Of a stretch of 64,000 nt of DNA, positions 23,550 to 35,560 are shown one piece after another. The notes below the pieces were generated by a model. It worked only from the letters and a program-made list of their open reading frames with translations, searched no databases and had not been told where the DNA came from. The first letter of the stretch is position 1, and each line of letters begins with the position of its first letter. The DNA is from Octopus sinensis (lineage: Eukaryota). The translations under genes were made by a program, and so were the position numbers. The DNA is taken from the NCBI RefSeq assembly GCF_006345805.1, contig NC_043014.1, positions 42,222,001 to 42,286,000 of the forward strand, read 5' to 3'.

Positions 23550-24149
23550 TGGAGGAAATGCTGCTAAGCATTTTGTCCAGTGTGCTAATGATTCTGCCAA
23601 CTTTCTGCCCTTAGGATATTCCTAATAATATCATACAATGAACATTGAGAGTAGAATTAATTTTGTTGTATCGTAGGGAATAATCCATAATTCAGCATTA
23701 TACTGTAATAAACCGATACTGAATCACGATACATGTTTAGATGAAAAAGCTTGGAAATGTTCTGTACCTAAGAGTTATCAAAGCATTAGACAAGATGCTT
23801 TCTTTTTTAAGGTCTCATATCTCTTTACTTTGCCTTGTAGAGCTTATATATTGGCAGACCATTGTTGACTGCAAACGATATGTTGTTGTGGAGCAGGTTG
23901 GTGCCAGTGCAGATGCAGTAATCACCTGTATATAACTGTGTTCTGAAATTAACTTTCAATTCCAAAGAAAGTAATTCTTGTACATTGATTCTACAGCTGA
24001 GTTTCCAGCAAATGCTGGTCTTTGCCAAATTCAATAATTTCACTTTGTGAATCATAAAACAAAAGATTAACATTCTGTATAGCATAGAAGAATGATTACA
24101 GGAGGAAATGGCATAGAATAAATCACAAGAAATAATAAATTTCAAGGGA

Positions 24150-25660
24150 TGGGGGAATCGTAAGAAAAATGTGTTGGAGAAAAATGTTAGAAAGACATAA
24201 AAAAATAAAGCTAGGGGAAAATGTCGTGAAAATGGCAATGAAGAAAAATATTAGGAAAGCTTTAGAGAAAACAGTTAGAAAAATGTCAGAGGGAAAAATG
24301 GATAGGAAAACATCAGGGAAAAGATTGGGAAGCATCAAAGACAAAGAAGATAGGAAAATGTCAGAGAAAATAAATTGTTAGGAAAATGTCAGAGGAAACA
24401 ACACTTAGGCGAACATCTGAGGAAAGAAGCCTCGGGAAAATGTTTGATGTTGAAAATATAGGAAAGCACCAAAAGTAAAAATGGATAGGAAAACATCAGG
24501 GAAAAGGTTGGGAAGCATCAAAGACAAAGAAGATAGGAAAATGTCAGGGAAAATAAATTGTTAGGAAAATGTCAGAGGAAACAACACTTAGGCGAACATC
24601 TGAGGAAAAAATCCTCAGGAAAATGTTGATGAAAATATTAGGAAAACACAAAAGTAAAAATGGATAGGAAAATATCAGGGAAAAGGTTGGGAAGCATCAA
24701 AGACAAAGAAGATAGGAAAATGTCAGAGAAAATAAATTGTTAGGAAAATGTCAGAGGAAACAACACTTAGGCGAACATCTGAGGAAAAAATCCTCAGGAA
24801 AATGTTGATGAAAATATTAGGAAAGCACAAAAGTAAAAATGGATAGGAAAACATCAGGGAAAAGGTTGGGAAGCATCAAAGACAAAGAAGATAGGTAAAT
24901 GTCAGAGGAAATAAATTGTTAGGAAAATGTCAGAGGAAAACATCTGAGGAAAAAATCCTCAGGAAAATGTTGATGAAAATATTAGGAAAACACAAAAGTA
25001 AAAATGGATAGGAAAAACATACAGGGAAAAGGTGGGTGGGAAGCATCAAAGACAAAGAAGATAGGAAAATGTCAGAGGAAATAAATTGTTAGGAAAATGT
25101 CAGAGGAAAACATCTGAGGAAAAAATCCTCAGGAAAATGTTGATGAAAATATTAGGAAAGCACAAAAGTAAAAATGGATAGGAAAACATCAGGGAAAAGG
25201 TTGGGAAGCATCAAAGACAAAGAAGATAGGTAAATGTCAGAGGAAATAAATTGTTAGGAAAATGTCAGAGGAAAACATTTGAGGAAAAAAGCCTCAGGAA
25301 AATGTTGATGAAAATATTAGGAAAGCACAAAAGTAAAAATGGATAGGAAAACATCAGGGAAAAGGTTGGGAAGCATCAAAGACAAAGAAGATAGGAAAAT
25401 GTCAGAGAAAATAAATTGTTAGGAAAATGTCAGAGGAAACAACACTTAGGCGAACATCTGAGGAAAGAAGCCTTGGGAAAATGTTGATGAAAATATTAGG
25501 AAAACACAAAAGTAAAAATGGATAGGAAAACATCAGGGAAAAGGTTGGGAAGCATCAAAGACAAAGAAGATAGGAAAATGTCAGAGGAAATAAATTGTTA
25601 GGAAAATGTCAGAGGAAAACATCTGAGGAAAAAAACCTCAGGAAAATGTTGATGTAGGAA
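24150..25660. repeat. Purine-rich satellite, domain 1 (179/165-bp units, ~8 copies)
   Basis: atggatagga anchors at 24298, 24481, 24660, 24839, 25004, 25174, 25339, 25518. Confidence 0.95.
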
Positions 25661-26540
25661 AACATCAGAAGATAAAAGGTCACAGAAATACGGGAGTAAA
25701 AAACGTTGGGAGAATGTCAGAGGAAAAATATATGATAGAAGAAATGTCAGATTAACAAGTTAAAGGACTTCAGAGGGAAAAAAATCACAGGAAATGTCAG
25801 GCAAAAAGAAAATGTCAGAGTAAAAAGTTTAAAAACACTAAGGGAAAATAAATGAGGAAACAGAAGATAAAAGGTCATAGAAAACGATGGGCTAAAAAAA
25901 CATTAGGAAAATGTCAGGGAAAAAAGTCAGGTGAATGTCAGAGGGCAAATATATGATGCAGGAAATGTCATACTAAAACATTAAAGAAAGACTTCAGAGG
26001 GCAAAAAAGGGCACAGGAAATGTCAAGCAAAAAGTTAGGAAAGCACTAAAGGTTAAAATAGATGAGGAAGCATCAGAAGATAAAAGGTCATAGAAAACGT
26101 TGTACTAAAAAAAATGTTAGGAAAACGTCAGGGAAAAAAGTTGGGTGAATGTCAGAGGGCAAATATATGATGCAGGAAATATCATTCTAAAATGTTAAAA
26201 AAAGACTTCAGTGGGGAAAAAATGGCACAGGAAATGTCAAGCAAAAAGTTAGGGGAACACGAAAGGAAAAATAGATGAGAAAACATCAAAAGATAAAAGG
26301 TCATAGAAAACAGTAAAAAAACAGTGAGAAAACATCAGCGAAAAGAGTTAGGAAAATGTCAGAGAAAAAACTGTCAGAACATCAGAGGGCAAATATATGA
26401 TGCAGGAAATGTCAGACTAACAAGTTAAAAATCTTCAGAGGCAAAAAAAGGGCACAGGAAATGTCAAGCAAAAAGAAAATGTCAAAGTAAAAAGTTAGGA
26501 AAATGTCAGAGGTGAAGTCACAGGAAAATGTCAGAAGAAA
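25661..26540. repeat. Purine-rich satellite, domain 2 (195-213-bp units, ~4 copies)
   Basis: gataaaaggtc anchors at 25671, 25866, 26079, 26292. Confidence 0.9.
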
Positions 26541-26829
26541 CATCAATAAGTTAAATACCTATTATATTTGTTTAGGAGATTGAATAGTGTGTTTTTTTGC
26601 TTTTGGTGTTTTATTACACATACTCTCACTCTCTCCCCCTCAATATTTCCTCTCCTTTCTTTTCCAACTGGGGTATCCTTGTATCTTTTCTACTGCAAGA
26701 CACCTATCTCTCTCCCTCTATTATTCTTTTAACTTCTCATCAACTGACACAAAGTCACCTCCTTCAGTACTACTCCCCTTCCTATTCGAGGACTCTTTCT
26801 TTGTCTTGCAAGTTATTTGGTTACCCTAC

Positions 26830-27060
26830 CGATGCTGGTGCCACATGATAAAAAAGTACCCAGTACACTATGTGAAGTGAGTAGCATTAGGAAGGGCATC
26901 CAGCTGTAGAAATCACGTCAACAATAAACAATAAAGTTTGACACCATCCTCTAACTTGCCAGCTTTTGTCAAACTGTCCAACCCATGCCAGCATGGAAAA
27001 CAAACATTGAATGAAAATGATGATGATGATGACTGCGACAATGACGATGATGATGATGTA
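26830..27060 (+). mobile_element. RTE-type 3' end variant
   Basis: ggaagggcatccagctgtagaaa...ccaacccatgccagcatggaaaa...(GAT)n. Confidence 0.7.
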
Positions 27061-27911
27061 ATATTGTTTGTCAGTTTCCAAGCCGGGAGACCTTTGCAAG
27101 TTTGCTTGTTTGGTTCGAACAAGGCAGCCACCCTGAAACAAGACACAATATTTTGAAAATGGAAAATTAAAATAGTAATTTTTTTTTTGTCTTATTCTTG
27201 GAATAAAAATAATATAAAAGACAGGAAATAAAGATTAAAAAAAAAAAAAGGAAATGAAATATTCTTAGTCTGCTGGTATAATTCCATTAACATCTCAGGT
27301 ACTTTATAGGAATATTAAATCAGCGATGCTGCCAAGTACTTCATTTTATCGTTGCCCCGAGGACGGAAATCATGAAAGTTGACATCAGCAGGATATCAAC
27401 TCATAACTTTGAAAGTCCGTAATTAAATGCTACAAGGTGTTTTGTCTGTTGCTCTGTGTTGACCGAATATTAAATTGACCTAGTAATTGATTTGAAAGTT
27501 TATTTTTATCGATGCCAGAAGGATGAAAGAGCAAAATCAACATCAGTGGGATTTGAAATTAATCTGAATTTTTTTTAACAATAAATGATTTAGAATAAAA
27601 CAAAATCTATGAAAATTATGAATTCAGAGGAAACGCAATGTGTTTCAGCAAAAAAAATATGGTTTGTCAGCTTGGAGCTACAAGTTGTGAATTAAGCTAT
27701 GATATTTTATATTTTATATTTTGGGGTTACTCAGTTTAACATTTAATTAGTAAAGGTGAGAATCCTATTGAGAAATTATGTTCAAATATTACCAAAGTAA
27801 ATTAGATCCTAACTACACACACATGCACATATAGAGATAGACACACACACAAACACATACACACACATACACACATACATACATACATACATACATACAT
27901 ACATACATACA

Positions 27912-27943
<32 letters not shown>

Positions 27944-28195
27944 AATATATATATATATATAAATTTTAAATTTTATAATTTTTAAATTTTATATATTTTG
28001 TATATTATATTAATTATTTTTATTTTTATGTTTTGGTTTATGTTTTTCACTGTTTGATTGCTCTAATAGAGGTTTTCTCTCTTAATTTATATATTAATAT
28101 ATTTATATATATATATATATAATATATATATCATATCATCAATCATCATCATCGACATAAATCCAGAGAAGAAGCACACTCTAAGATGTAGAGCA

Positions 28196-28438
28196 GTATA
28201 TATTTTTTCCGGGGAAGGCTGGTTTATGGGATTACTCTGGGTTTCCCATCCATAAAAGGTTTAATCTTATGGTGCATCATCAGATCCCAAGACCTGTTGG
28301 CCTAGGACCTTTTGAAAAGGTCTTAACCCAACAGGTTTTGGGGTCTGACAATATGCCATAAAGTTAAACCCTTTATAGACAGGAAACCCTGGGTAATCCC
28401 ATAAACTGGCCTTCCTCAAAAAGAAAAAAATATATATA
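28196..28438. mobile_element. Foldback/palindromic MITE-like element (~245 bp)
   Basis: ggaaggctggtttatgggattac pairs with gtaatcccataaactggccttcc; pairing continues to the centre ggaccttt-tg-aaaaggtc. Confidence 0.7.
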
Positions 28439-28599
28439 TTCCTTTCTACAATAGGCACAAGGCCTGAAATTTTGGGAGATGGGGATGGTCTACCACAGTG
28501 CTCAGCTGGTACTTAATTTATCAACCCTGAAAGGACAAAATGCAAAGTCAACTTCAGTGGAATTTGAACTCAGAACCACTAATGCCAACCACTTGTGCC

Positions 28600-28980
28600 T
28601 TTACTCAGTACCAGCAAGAGTGGGCCTATGCAGCATTGGTATGGGTGCTTTTTATGTGGTACAGGCACCAGAACAAACTTATAAATATATGGAACACAGT
28701 GATTTTACTTAGTGCCTCTTTTCAAGTACAGCAAATCACCACATCTCTGCGTCACTTGTCATTTCCTCAGTGGGACCCAGCATTCAAAGATCCTTTCTCA
28801 CCACTTTGTCTCACACCTTCATGGTCGACCCCTTCCACAGGTTCCCTCCTCAATTAAAGCTCAGCACTTATTTATGCAGCTGTCCTCATCCCTACGAATC
28901 ACATGACCAAACCAGCACACTCTTCTCCCTTGCACACAACATCTGATGCCTCTTCTACCCGGTTTTCCTGTTAAATCCTT
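28600..28980 (-). pseudogene. RTE LINE C-terminal fragment
   Basis: GIRCCVQGRRVCWFGHVIRRDEDSCINKC, homologous to 22290-22400. Confidence 0.75.
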
Positions 28981-29021
28981 TACACCCTGTCGTGTATATA
29001 TATATATATATATGTGTGTGT

Positions 29022-29337
29022 GGAGGCACAATGGCCTAGTGGATAGGGCAGCGGACTCGCGGTCGTAGGATTGCGGTTTCGATTCCCAGACCGGGTGTTG
29101 TGTGTGTTTATTGAGCAAAAACACCTAAAGCTCCACGAGGCTCCGGCAGGGGGTAGTGGCGATCCCTGCTGTACTCTTTCGCCACAACTTTCTCTCACTC
29201 TTTCTTCTGTTAGCTTGCTCGCTTAGCCAGCGGGGTGGCGTCATTTGAAGGCTGAAACAATGTGAAGCGCATTGTGACCAGCGATGTGTAACAACATCTG
29301 ATAGTCTGGTCAGTCACGGTGGTCATGGTGATATATG
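29022..29337 (+). mobile_element. SINE-C, C2 body subtype
   Basis: C head plus gcttagccagcggggtggcgtcatttgaagg...gtcacggtg; same subtype at 56394-56705. Confidence 0.85.
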
Positions 29338-29805
29338 ATATATGTATGTATTGTTGAAAGTGAATAAGAGAGTTTGTCTCATGACTCGAGCTTTTCATGA
29401 CTGTGTTCTCACCCGAGGATCACAGCCGCGTGAAACACAAGCCACGTAACAAATTTGCTCTTTCAGTCAAATGAAAGTAAAATGGCAGTAAGGTACAAAA
29501 AAATGTACTGGAGCCAATAAATCTATCGCACCACGTCCACCACCGCTTTTCATTTTAACAAAGATATTTTGCACACTGGTTTGTATTAAAAAAAAATCTA
29601 GGAGATATGGTCTTTGCAAAAATAAATAAATAACATCATTTTTACAAAAAAATATTTGTCTACACTACCACAAAGAGTTTGTAAAAACATCATCATTCCT
29701 GGTTTAATACAAGAAGATCTCTCAAAGAATATGCAGTTAAAACAAAGGCGAAGCAAAGCAAAACGGAATGAAGATAAAAGCGAATAAAAGATATACATCT
29801 ATATA

Positions 29806-29809
<4 letters not shown>

Positions 29810-29840
<31 letters not shown>

Positions 29841-29883
29841 ATGTATGTATGTATGTATGTATGTATGTATGTATGTATGCATG

Positions 29884-29946
<63 letters not shown>

Positions 29947-30020
29947 ATATGTATGTATGTATTGTATGTATTTATGTATGTATGTATGTATGTATGTATG
30001 TATGTATGTATGTATGCATG

Positions 30021-30054
<34 letters not shown>

Positions 30055-30080
30055 TGTATTTATGTATGTATGTATGTATG

Positions 30081-30114
<34 letters not shown>

Positions 30115-30300
30115 TGTATGTATGTATGTATGTATGAATGTATGTATGTATGTATGTATGTATGTATGTATGTATGTATGTATGTATGAATGTATGTATG
30201 TATGTATGAATGTATGTATGTATGTATGTATGTATGTATGTATGTATGTATGTATGTATTTATGTATGTATGTATGTATGTATGTATGTATTGTATGTAT
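29810..30300. repeat. (ATGT)n microsatellite
   Basis: Direct reading. Confidence 0.95.
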
Positions 30301-30459
30301 GAGGTTGGCAGAAATCAAAGCAAACGCAAAATATTTAATCTGTTCTGTAAGAGATGAACTGAACTGCCATTGAGCTATGTATATTTACACTGACTAACCT
30401 GTTAATGTAATTCTAGTGGCTCCTCAGTAAACACTGAGAGAGAAGTGAGATAAACAGAC

Positions 30460-30466
30460 ATACGTA

Positions 30467-30511
<45 letters not shown>

Positions 30512-30807
30512 GATAGATAGATAGATAGACAGACAGACAAATAGATAGATAGATACATACATACATACATACATACATACATTACATACACACATACATA
30601 GCTAGCTAGGTAGATAGATAGATAGATTGATAGATAGATAAATAGATAGATTGATAGATGCATACATACATACATACATACATACATACATACATACATG
30701 CATGCATGCATACATACATACATATATGCATACATACATACATACAAACATAGCTAGCTAGGTAGGTAGATAGATAGATAGATAGATAGACAGATAGATA
30801 GATAGAT

Positions 30808-30887
<80 letters not shown>

Positions 30888-30945
30888 ATAGCTAGATAGA
30901 TAGACAGATAAACAGACAGATAGATAGAAAGATAGATAGAGAGAA
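30460..30945. repeat. Compound (GATA)n/(CATA)n microsatellite
   Basis: Direct reading. Confidence 0.95.
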
Positions 30946-30970
30946 TATTTTTAAATATGATTTTTCTGTT

Positions 30971-31002
<32 letters not shown>

Positions 31003-31185
31003 TTTATGTATGTATGTAACATGGCTGTGTGGTTAAGAAGCTCACTTTGCAACCACATGGTGGTGGGTTCAATTCCATTGAGCAGTACTTTGAGCAAGTG
31101 CCTTCTACTATAGCCCTGGGCAACTTATAAAGGGAATTTGGTTAACAGAAACTGTGTAGAAGCCTTTCATATATATGTGTGTGTG

Positions 31186-31218
<33 letters not shown>

Positions 31219-31315
31219 TGATTGATTCTAGTTTCAGCTCATGAGCTGTGGCCATGCTGGGGCACCGCCATATATATATATATATAGATATATATATATA
31301 TAAGTTTAAAAAAAT

Positions 31316-32135
31316 AGACGGGACATTCGAAGCCTTCAATCTTCAGTCAAGAACCGGATCATCTTCGCAATTTCGGCTGATTAATCTTGAGATTGCTTCG
31401 ACCTGGGCAGCCCCAAAGGAAAATCTAAGCCAAGGGCATTAGATTCCTTGGAAGAAAGCCTCGATTGTATACAAAACAAGACGGAAAACGGACGATGTTA
31501 CACGAATAAGAATACAAAATTACGTAAAAACAATAATGATAGCACGAATAAGAATACAAAAATACGTAAAAACAATAATGATAGCACGAATAAGAATACA
31601 AAAATACGTAAAAACATAATGATAGCACGAATAAGAATACAAAAACGTAAAAAACAATAATGAATAGCACGAATAAGAATACAAAAATACGTAAAAACAA
31701 TAATGATAGCACGAATAAGAATACAAAAATACGTAAAAACAATAATGATAGCACGAATAAGAATACAAAAATACGTAAAAACAATAATGATAGCACGAAT
31801 AAGAATACAAAAATACGTAAAAACAATAATGATAGCACGAATAAGAATACAAAAATACGTAAAAACAATAATGATAGCACGAATAAGATACAAAAATACG
31901 TAAAAACAATAATGATAGCACGAATAAGAATCAACAAAATATCGTAAAAACAAAATGATAGCACGAATAAGAATAACAAACATACGTAAAAACAATAATG
32001 ATAGCACGAATAAGAATACAAAAATACGTAAAAACAATAATGATAGCACGAATAAGAATACAAAAATACGTAAAAACAATAATGATAGCACGAATAAGAA
32101 TACAAAAATACATAAAAACAATAATGATAATAATA
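31316..32135 (-). mobile_element. TA-flanked element of the 49218-50067 family with internal minisatellite
   Basis: gacgggacattcgaagcc...ggctgattaatcttgagattgc is the reverse complement of 49915-49992. Confidence 0.75.
31501..32125. repeat. 42-bp minisatellite, ~15 copies
   Basis: Unit gatagcacgaataagaatacaaaaatacgtaaaaacaataat, with no spacers between units. Confidence 0.95.
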
Positions 32136-32144
32136 ACAACAAAA

Positions 32145-32202
<58 letters not shown>

Positions 32203-32301
32203 TAGTCAATCCAAACAAGAACAAGCAAGGAAAAACAACACGAGGATGTGGAACAAGTAGTGTGTTATTAGAGGCTCAAGTATGAAAATAAAAGAAAGAG
32301 G

Positions 32302-32336
32302 ATTTCACGTTTTGAGCGGAGCTCTTCATCAGAAAT
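32302..32336 (-). ncRNA. Degenerate minimal hammerhead motif with canonical CUGAUGA
   Basis: AUUU-CUGAUGA-A-GAGC(UCC)GCUC-AAAAC-GUG|AAAU; G12A and G17 probably inactivate it. Confidence 0.5.
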
Positions 32337-32490
32337 ATAGAGAAAGTCCAAAGAAGGGAAGACGGAGAAAGAAAATCGCCAACGATACACGCACAGTCAC
32401 ATACATTAACACACACACATGCATATATATTGGTTATTTATATATGGTTGATGTCAGCAGAAATACTGATGAATCAGTGGAGTTTTGATT

Positions 32491-32684
32491 ACTCTTTTAC
32501 TCTTTTACTTGTGTCAGTCATTTGACTGCGGCCATGCTGGAGCACCACCTTTAGTTGAGCAAATAAGCCCAGTACTTATTCTATCGGTCTCTTTTGCCGA
32601 ACCGCTAAGTGATGGGGACGTAAACACACCAGCATCAGTTGTCAAGCAATGCTAGGGGGGACAAACACAGACACAAACATACAC

Positions 32685-32783
<99 letters not shown>

Positions 32784-32958
32784 CATACATATATACGACA
32801 GGCTTCTTTCAGTTTCCGTCTACCAAATCCACTCACAAGGCTTTGGTCAGCCCAAGGCTATAGTAGAAGACACTTGCCCAAGGTGCCACGCAGTGGGACT
32901 GAACCCGATACCATGTGGTTGGTAAACATGCTACTTACCACACAGCCACTCCTGCGCC
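32491..32958 (-). mobile_element. Full-length SINE-A
   Basis: Complete head, internal (CA)/(TA)n and tail. Confidence 0.9.
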
Positions 32959-33206
32959 TATTACCCTAACTTAGTTTATGAAAAAGAAAAAAACAGACAT
33001 GCAGTTAGAGAAAACAATGAGTGACAGAGAGACAGAGAGACAGAGAGACAGAGAGACAGACAGTCACAGAGTCACAGAAGAGTGAATAACAGATAGCCAG
33101 ACAGACACAACCAGAGAGTGACAAGACAACTGGCATACAAGAAAGAACAGAGAACAGAATACAATCAAGCATTCACATCAGTTATTCGCTATCAGTTGAT
33201 ATGGAC

Positions 33207-33740
33207 AGACAGCGAGCTGGCAGAAACGTCAGCGCGCCGGGCGAAATGCGTAGCCGTATTTCGTCTGCCACTACGTTCTGAGTTCAAATTCCGCCAAGAT
33301 CGACTTTGCTTTTCATCCTTTCGGGGGGTCAATTAAATAAGTACCAGTTATGCACTGGGGTCGATGTAATCGGATAAATCCGTTTGTCTGTCCTTGTTTG
33401 TCCGTTCCCTCTGTGTTTAGCCCCTTGTGGGTAGTAAAGAAATAGGTATTTCGCCTGTCTTTTACATTCTTGGTTCAAATTCCACTGAGGTCGATACATC
33501 AAAATGGTTAGCATGCCGGGCGAAATCATTAGCATGCTGGGCGAAACGCTTAGCGGTATTTCGTCTGCCGCTACGTTCTGAGTTCAAATTCCGCCGTGGT
33601 CGACTTTGCCTTTCATCCTTTCGGGGTCGATTAAATAAGTACCAGTTACGCACTGGGGTCGATGTAATCGGATAAATCCGTTTGTCTGTCCTTGTTTGTC
33701 CCCCTCTATGTTTAGCCCCTTGTGGGCAATAAAGAAATAA
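33207..33740 (+). mobile_element. SINE-B1 multimer within one 19-bp TSD
   Basis: TSD agttgatatggacagacag at 33194-33212 and 33740-33758. Confidence 0.85.
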
Positions 33741-33932
33741 GTTGATATGGACAGACAGATTCGTAAACTTTGAACGGTCAAGAACATGAAGTCACCTAAC
33801 TCTTACTAGCATAGCCATTGACATTCGAATTTATTCATTCATTCATCCTCTCTCTCTCTTCCTCTTTCTCTTTGTCTATTTCATCAACAAACAAACAGAA
33901 ATATTCAAATCACTACTACGAACACAGGAGTT

Positions 33933-34345
33933 CGTAGGAGTGGCTGTGTGGTAAGTAGCTTGCTTACCAACCACATGGTTCCGGGTTCAGTCCCACTGCG
34001 TGGCATCTTGGGCAAGTGTCTTCTGCTATAGCCCCGGGCCGACCAATGCCTTATGAGTGGATTTGGTAGACGGAAACTGAAAGAAGCCCGTCGTATATAT
34101 GTATATTATATATATATATATATATGTGTGTGTGTTTGTGTGTCTGTGTTTGTCCTCCTAGCATTGCTTGACAACTGATGCTGGTGTGTTTACGTCCCCG
34201 TCACTTAGCGGTTCGGTAAACGAGACCGATAGAATAAGTACTGGGCTTACAAAGAATAAGTCCCGGGGTCGATTTGCTCGAATAAAGGCGGTGCTCCAGC
34301 ATGGCCGCAGTCAAATGACTGAAACAAGTAAAAGAGTAAAGGGTA
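33933..34345 (+). mobile_element. Full-length SINE-A
   Basis: Complete head and tail. Confidence 0.9.
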
Positions 34346-34496
34346 AAGAGAGAAAAGAATTTTCTGATATTACTCTGTGTTTTGGGGTGTTTTTTGGCTT
34401 TGGACTGTCATGTTGAAAACAAGCTTTTAACAGTAAACAGATGATGATTCGAAAACGAATCACAGCTCATCTCATTCCTCTGACTATGGTTACATA

Positions 34497-34958
34497 CTCT
34501 CTTTACTCTTTACTCTTTTACTTGTTTCAGACATTTGGCTGTGACCATGCTGGAGCACCACCTTTAGTCGAGCAAATCGACCCCAGGACTCATTCTTTGT
34601 AAGCCCAGTACTTATTCTATCGGTCTCTTTTGCCGAACCGCTAAGTGACGGGACATAAAGACACCAGCATCGGTTGTCAAGCAATGCTAGGGGGACAAAC
34701 ACAGGCACACAAACATACACACACACACACATATATATGTATGTATATATATATATATATTATAATATATATATATTATATATATATATATATATACATA
34801 TATAGGACGGGCTTCTTTCAGTTTCCGTCTACGAAAACCACTCACAGGATTTGGTCGGCCCAAGCTATAGTAGAAGACACTTGCCCAAGGTGCATTGCAG
34901 TGGGACTGACCCGGAAACCATATGGTTGGTAAGCAACCGCACTTACCACACAGCCACT
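34497..34958 (-). mobile_element. Full-length SINE-A
   Basis: Complete head and tail. Confidence 0.9.
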
Positions 34959-35560
34959 TCTTATTGCTAAATATGTAAAAAAACAACGCTGACTAAATAA
35001 AGAAGTTCCTATCTTTAGGAACAAGCTTACACAAATACAGTCACATATGAACATGTGTGCGTGTACACATTTGTATAAGTGTACACACATGCATATGTTC
35101 ATGCATACAAGCATACATACATAGATGCCTACATACATACATACATACATACATATATACATACATATATAGTCAGCTACATTCGTTGTAATTGACCATC
35201 ACATATATTCCTGTATATTTGAAACCACGCTTTTTCCCAACTCGTGAGTAGACTTTTCCTTAACACAAAACTATTTTCATAATTTTCAAACGACCAAATA
35301 TTTTCAAACACCTTCTGATAACTAAAGGATCACCCACACATTAAAAATAGAAAAAGAGGGGAAAAAAAAAAAAAAAGAAAAGAAAAGAAGATAAAATAAC
35401 TACAAGCTCATAATTCAAATACAAACTTCTCAGTATTACAACAAACATTCTGTACAATCAATTCTACATACTTCTCCTTAAAAAAAAAATAATAATAATA
35501 ATTAAAAGTAATCAACAAAACGAACGAACAAAATAAAATTTAATAAAACATATCAACAGA

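Noticed and set aside
23825-24238. Possible host exon or 137-aa ORF
   Set aside because: No recognisable domain, an inconsistent splice-site/frame solution, and it overlaps the satellite start
24169-25660. Satellite as a repetitive Lys/Glu-rich protein
   Set aside because: An in-frame stop occurs in each unit (KINC*) and unit lengths are not consistently multiples of three
31501-32125. CRISPR-like appearance of the 42-bp repeat
   Set aside because: The units are contiguous with no unique spacers, the context is eukaryotic and there are no cas genes; it is a minisatellite
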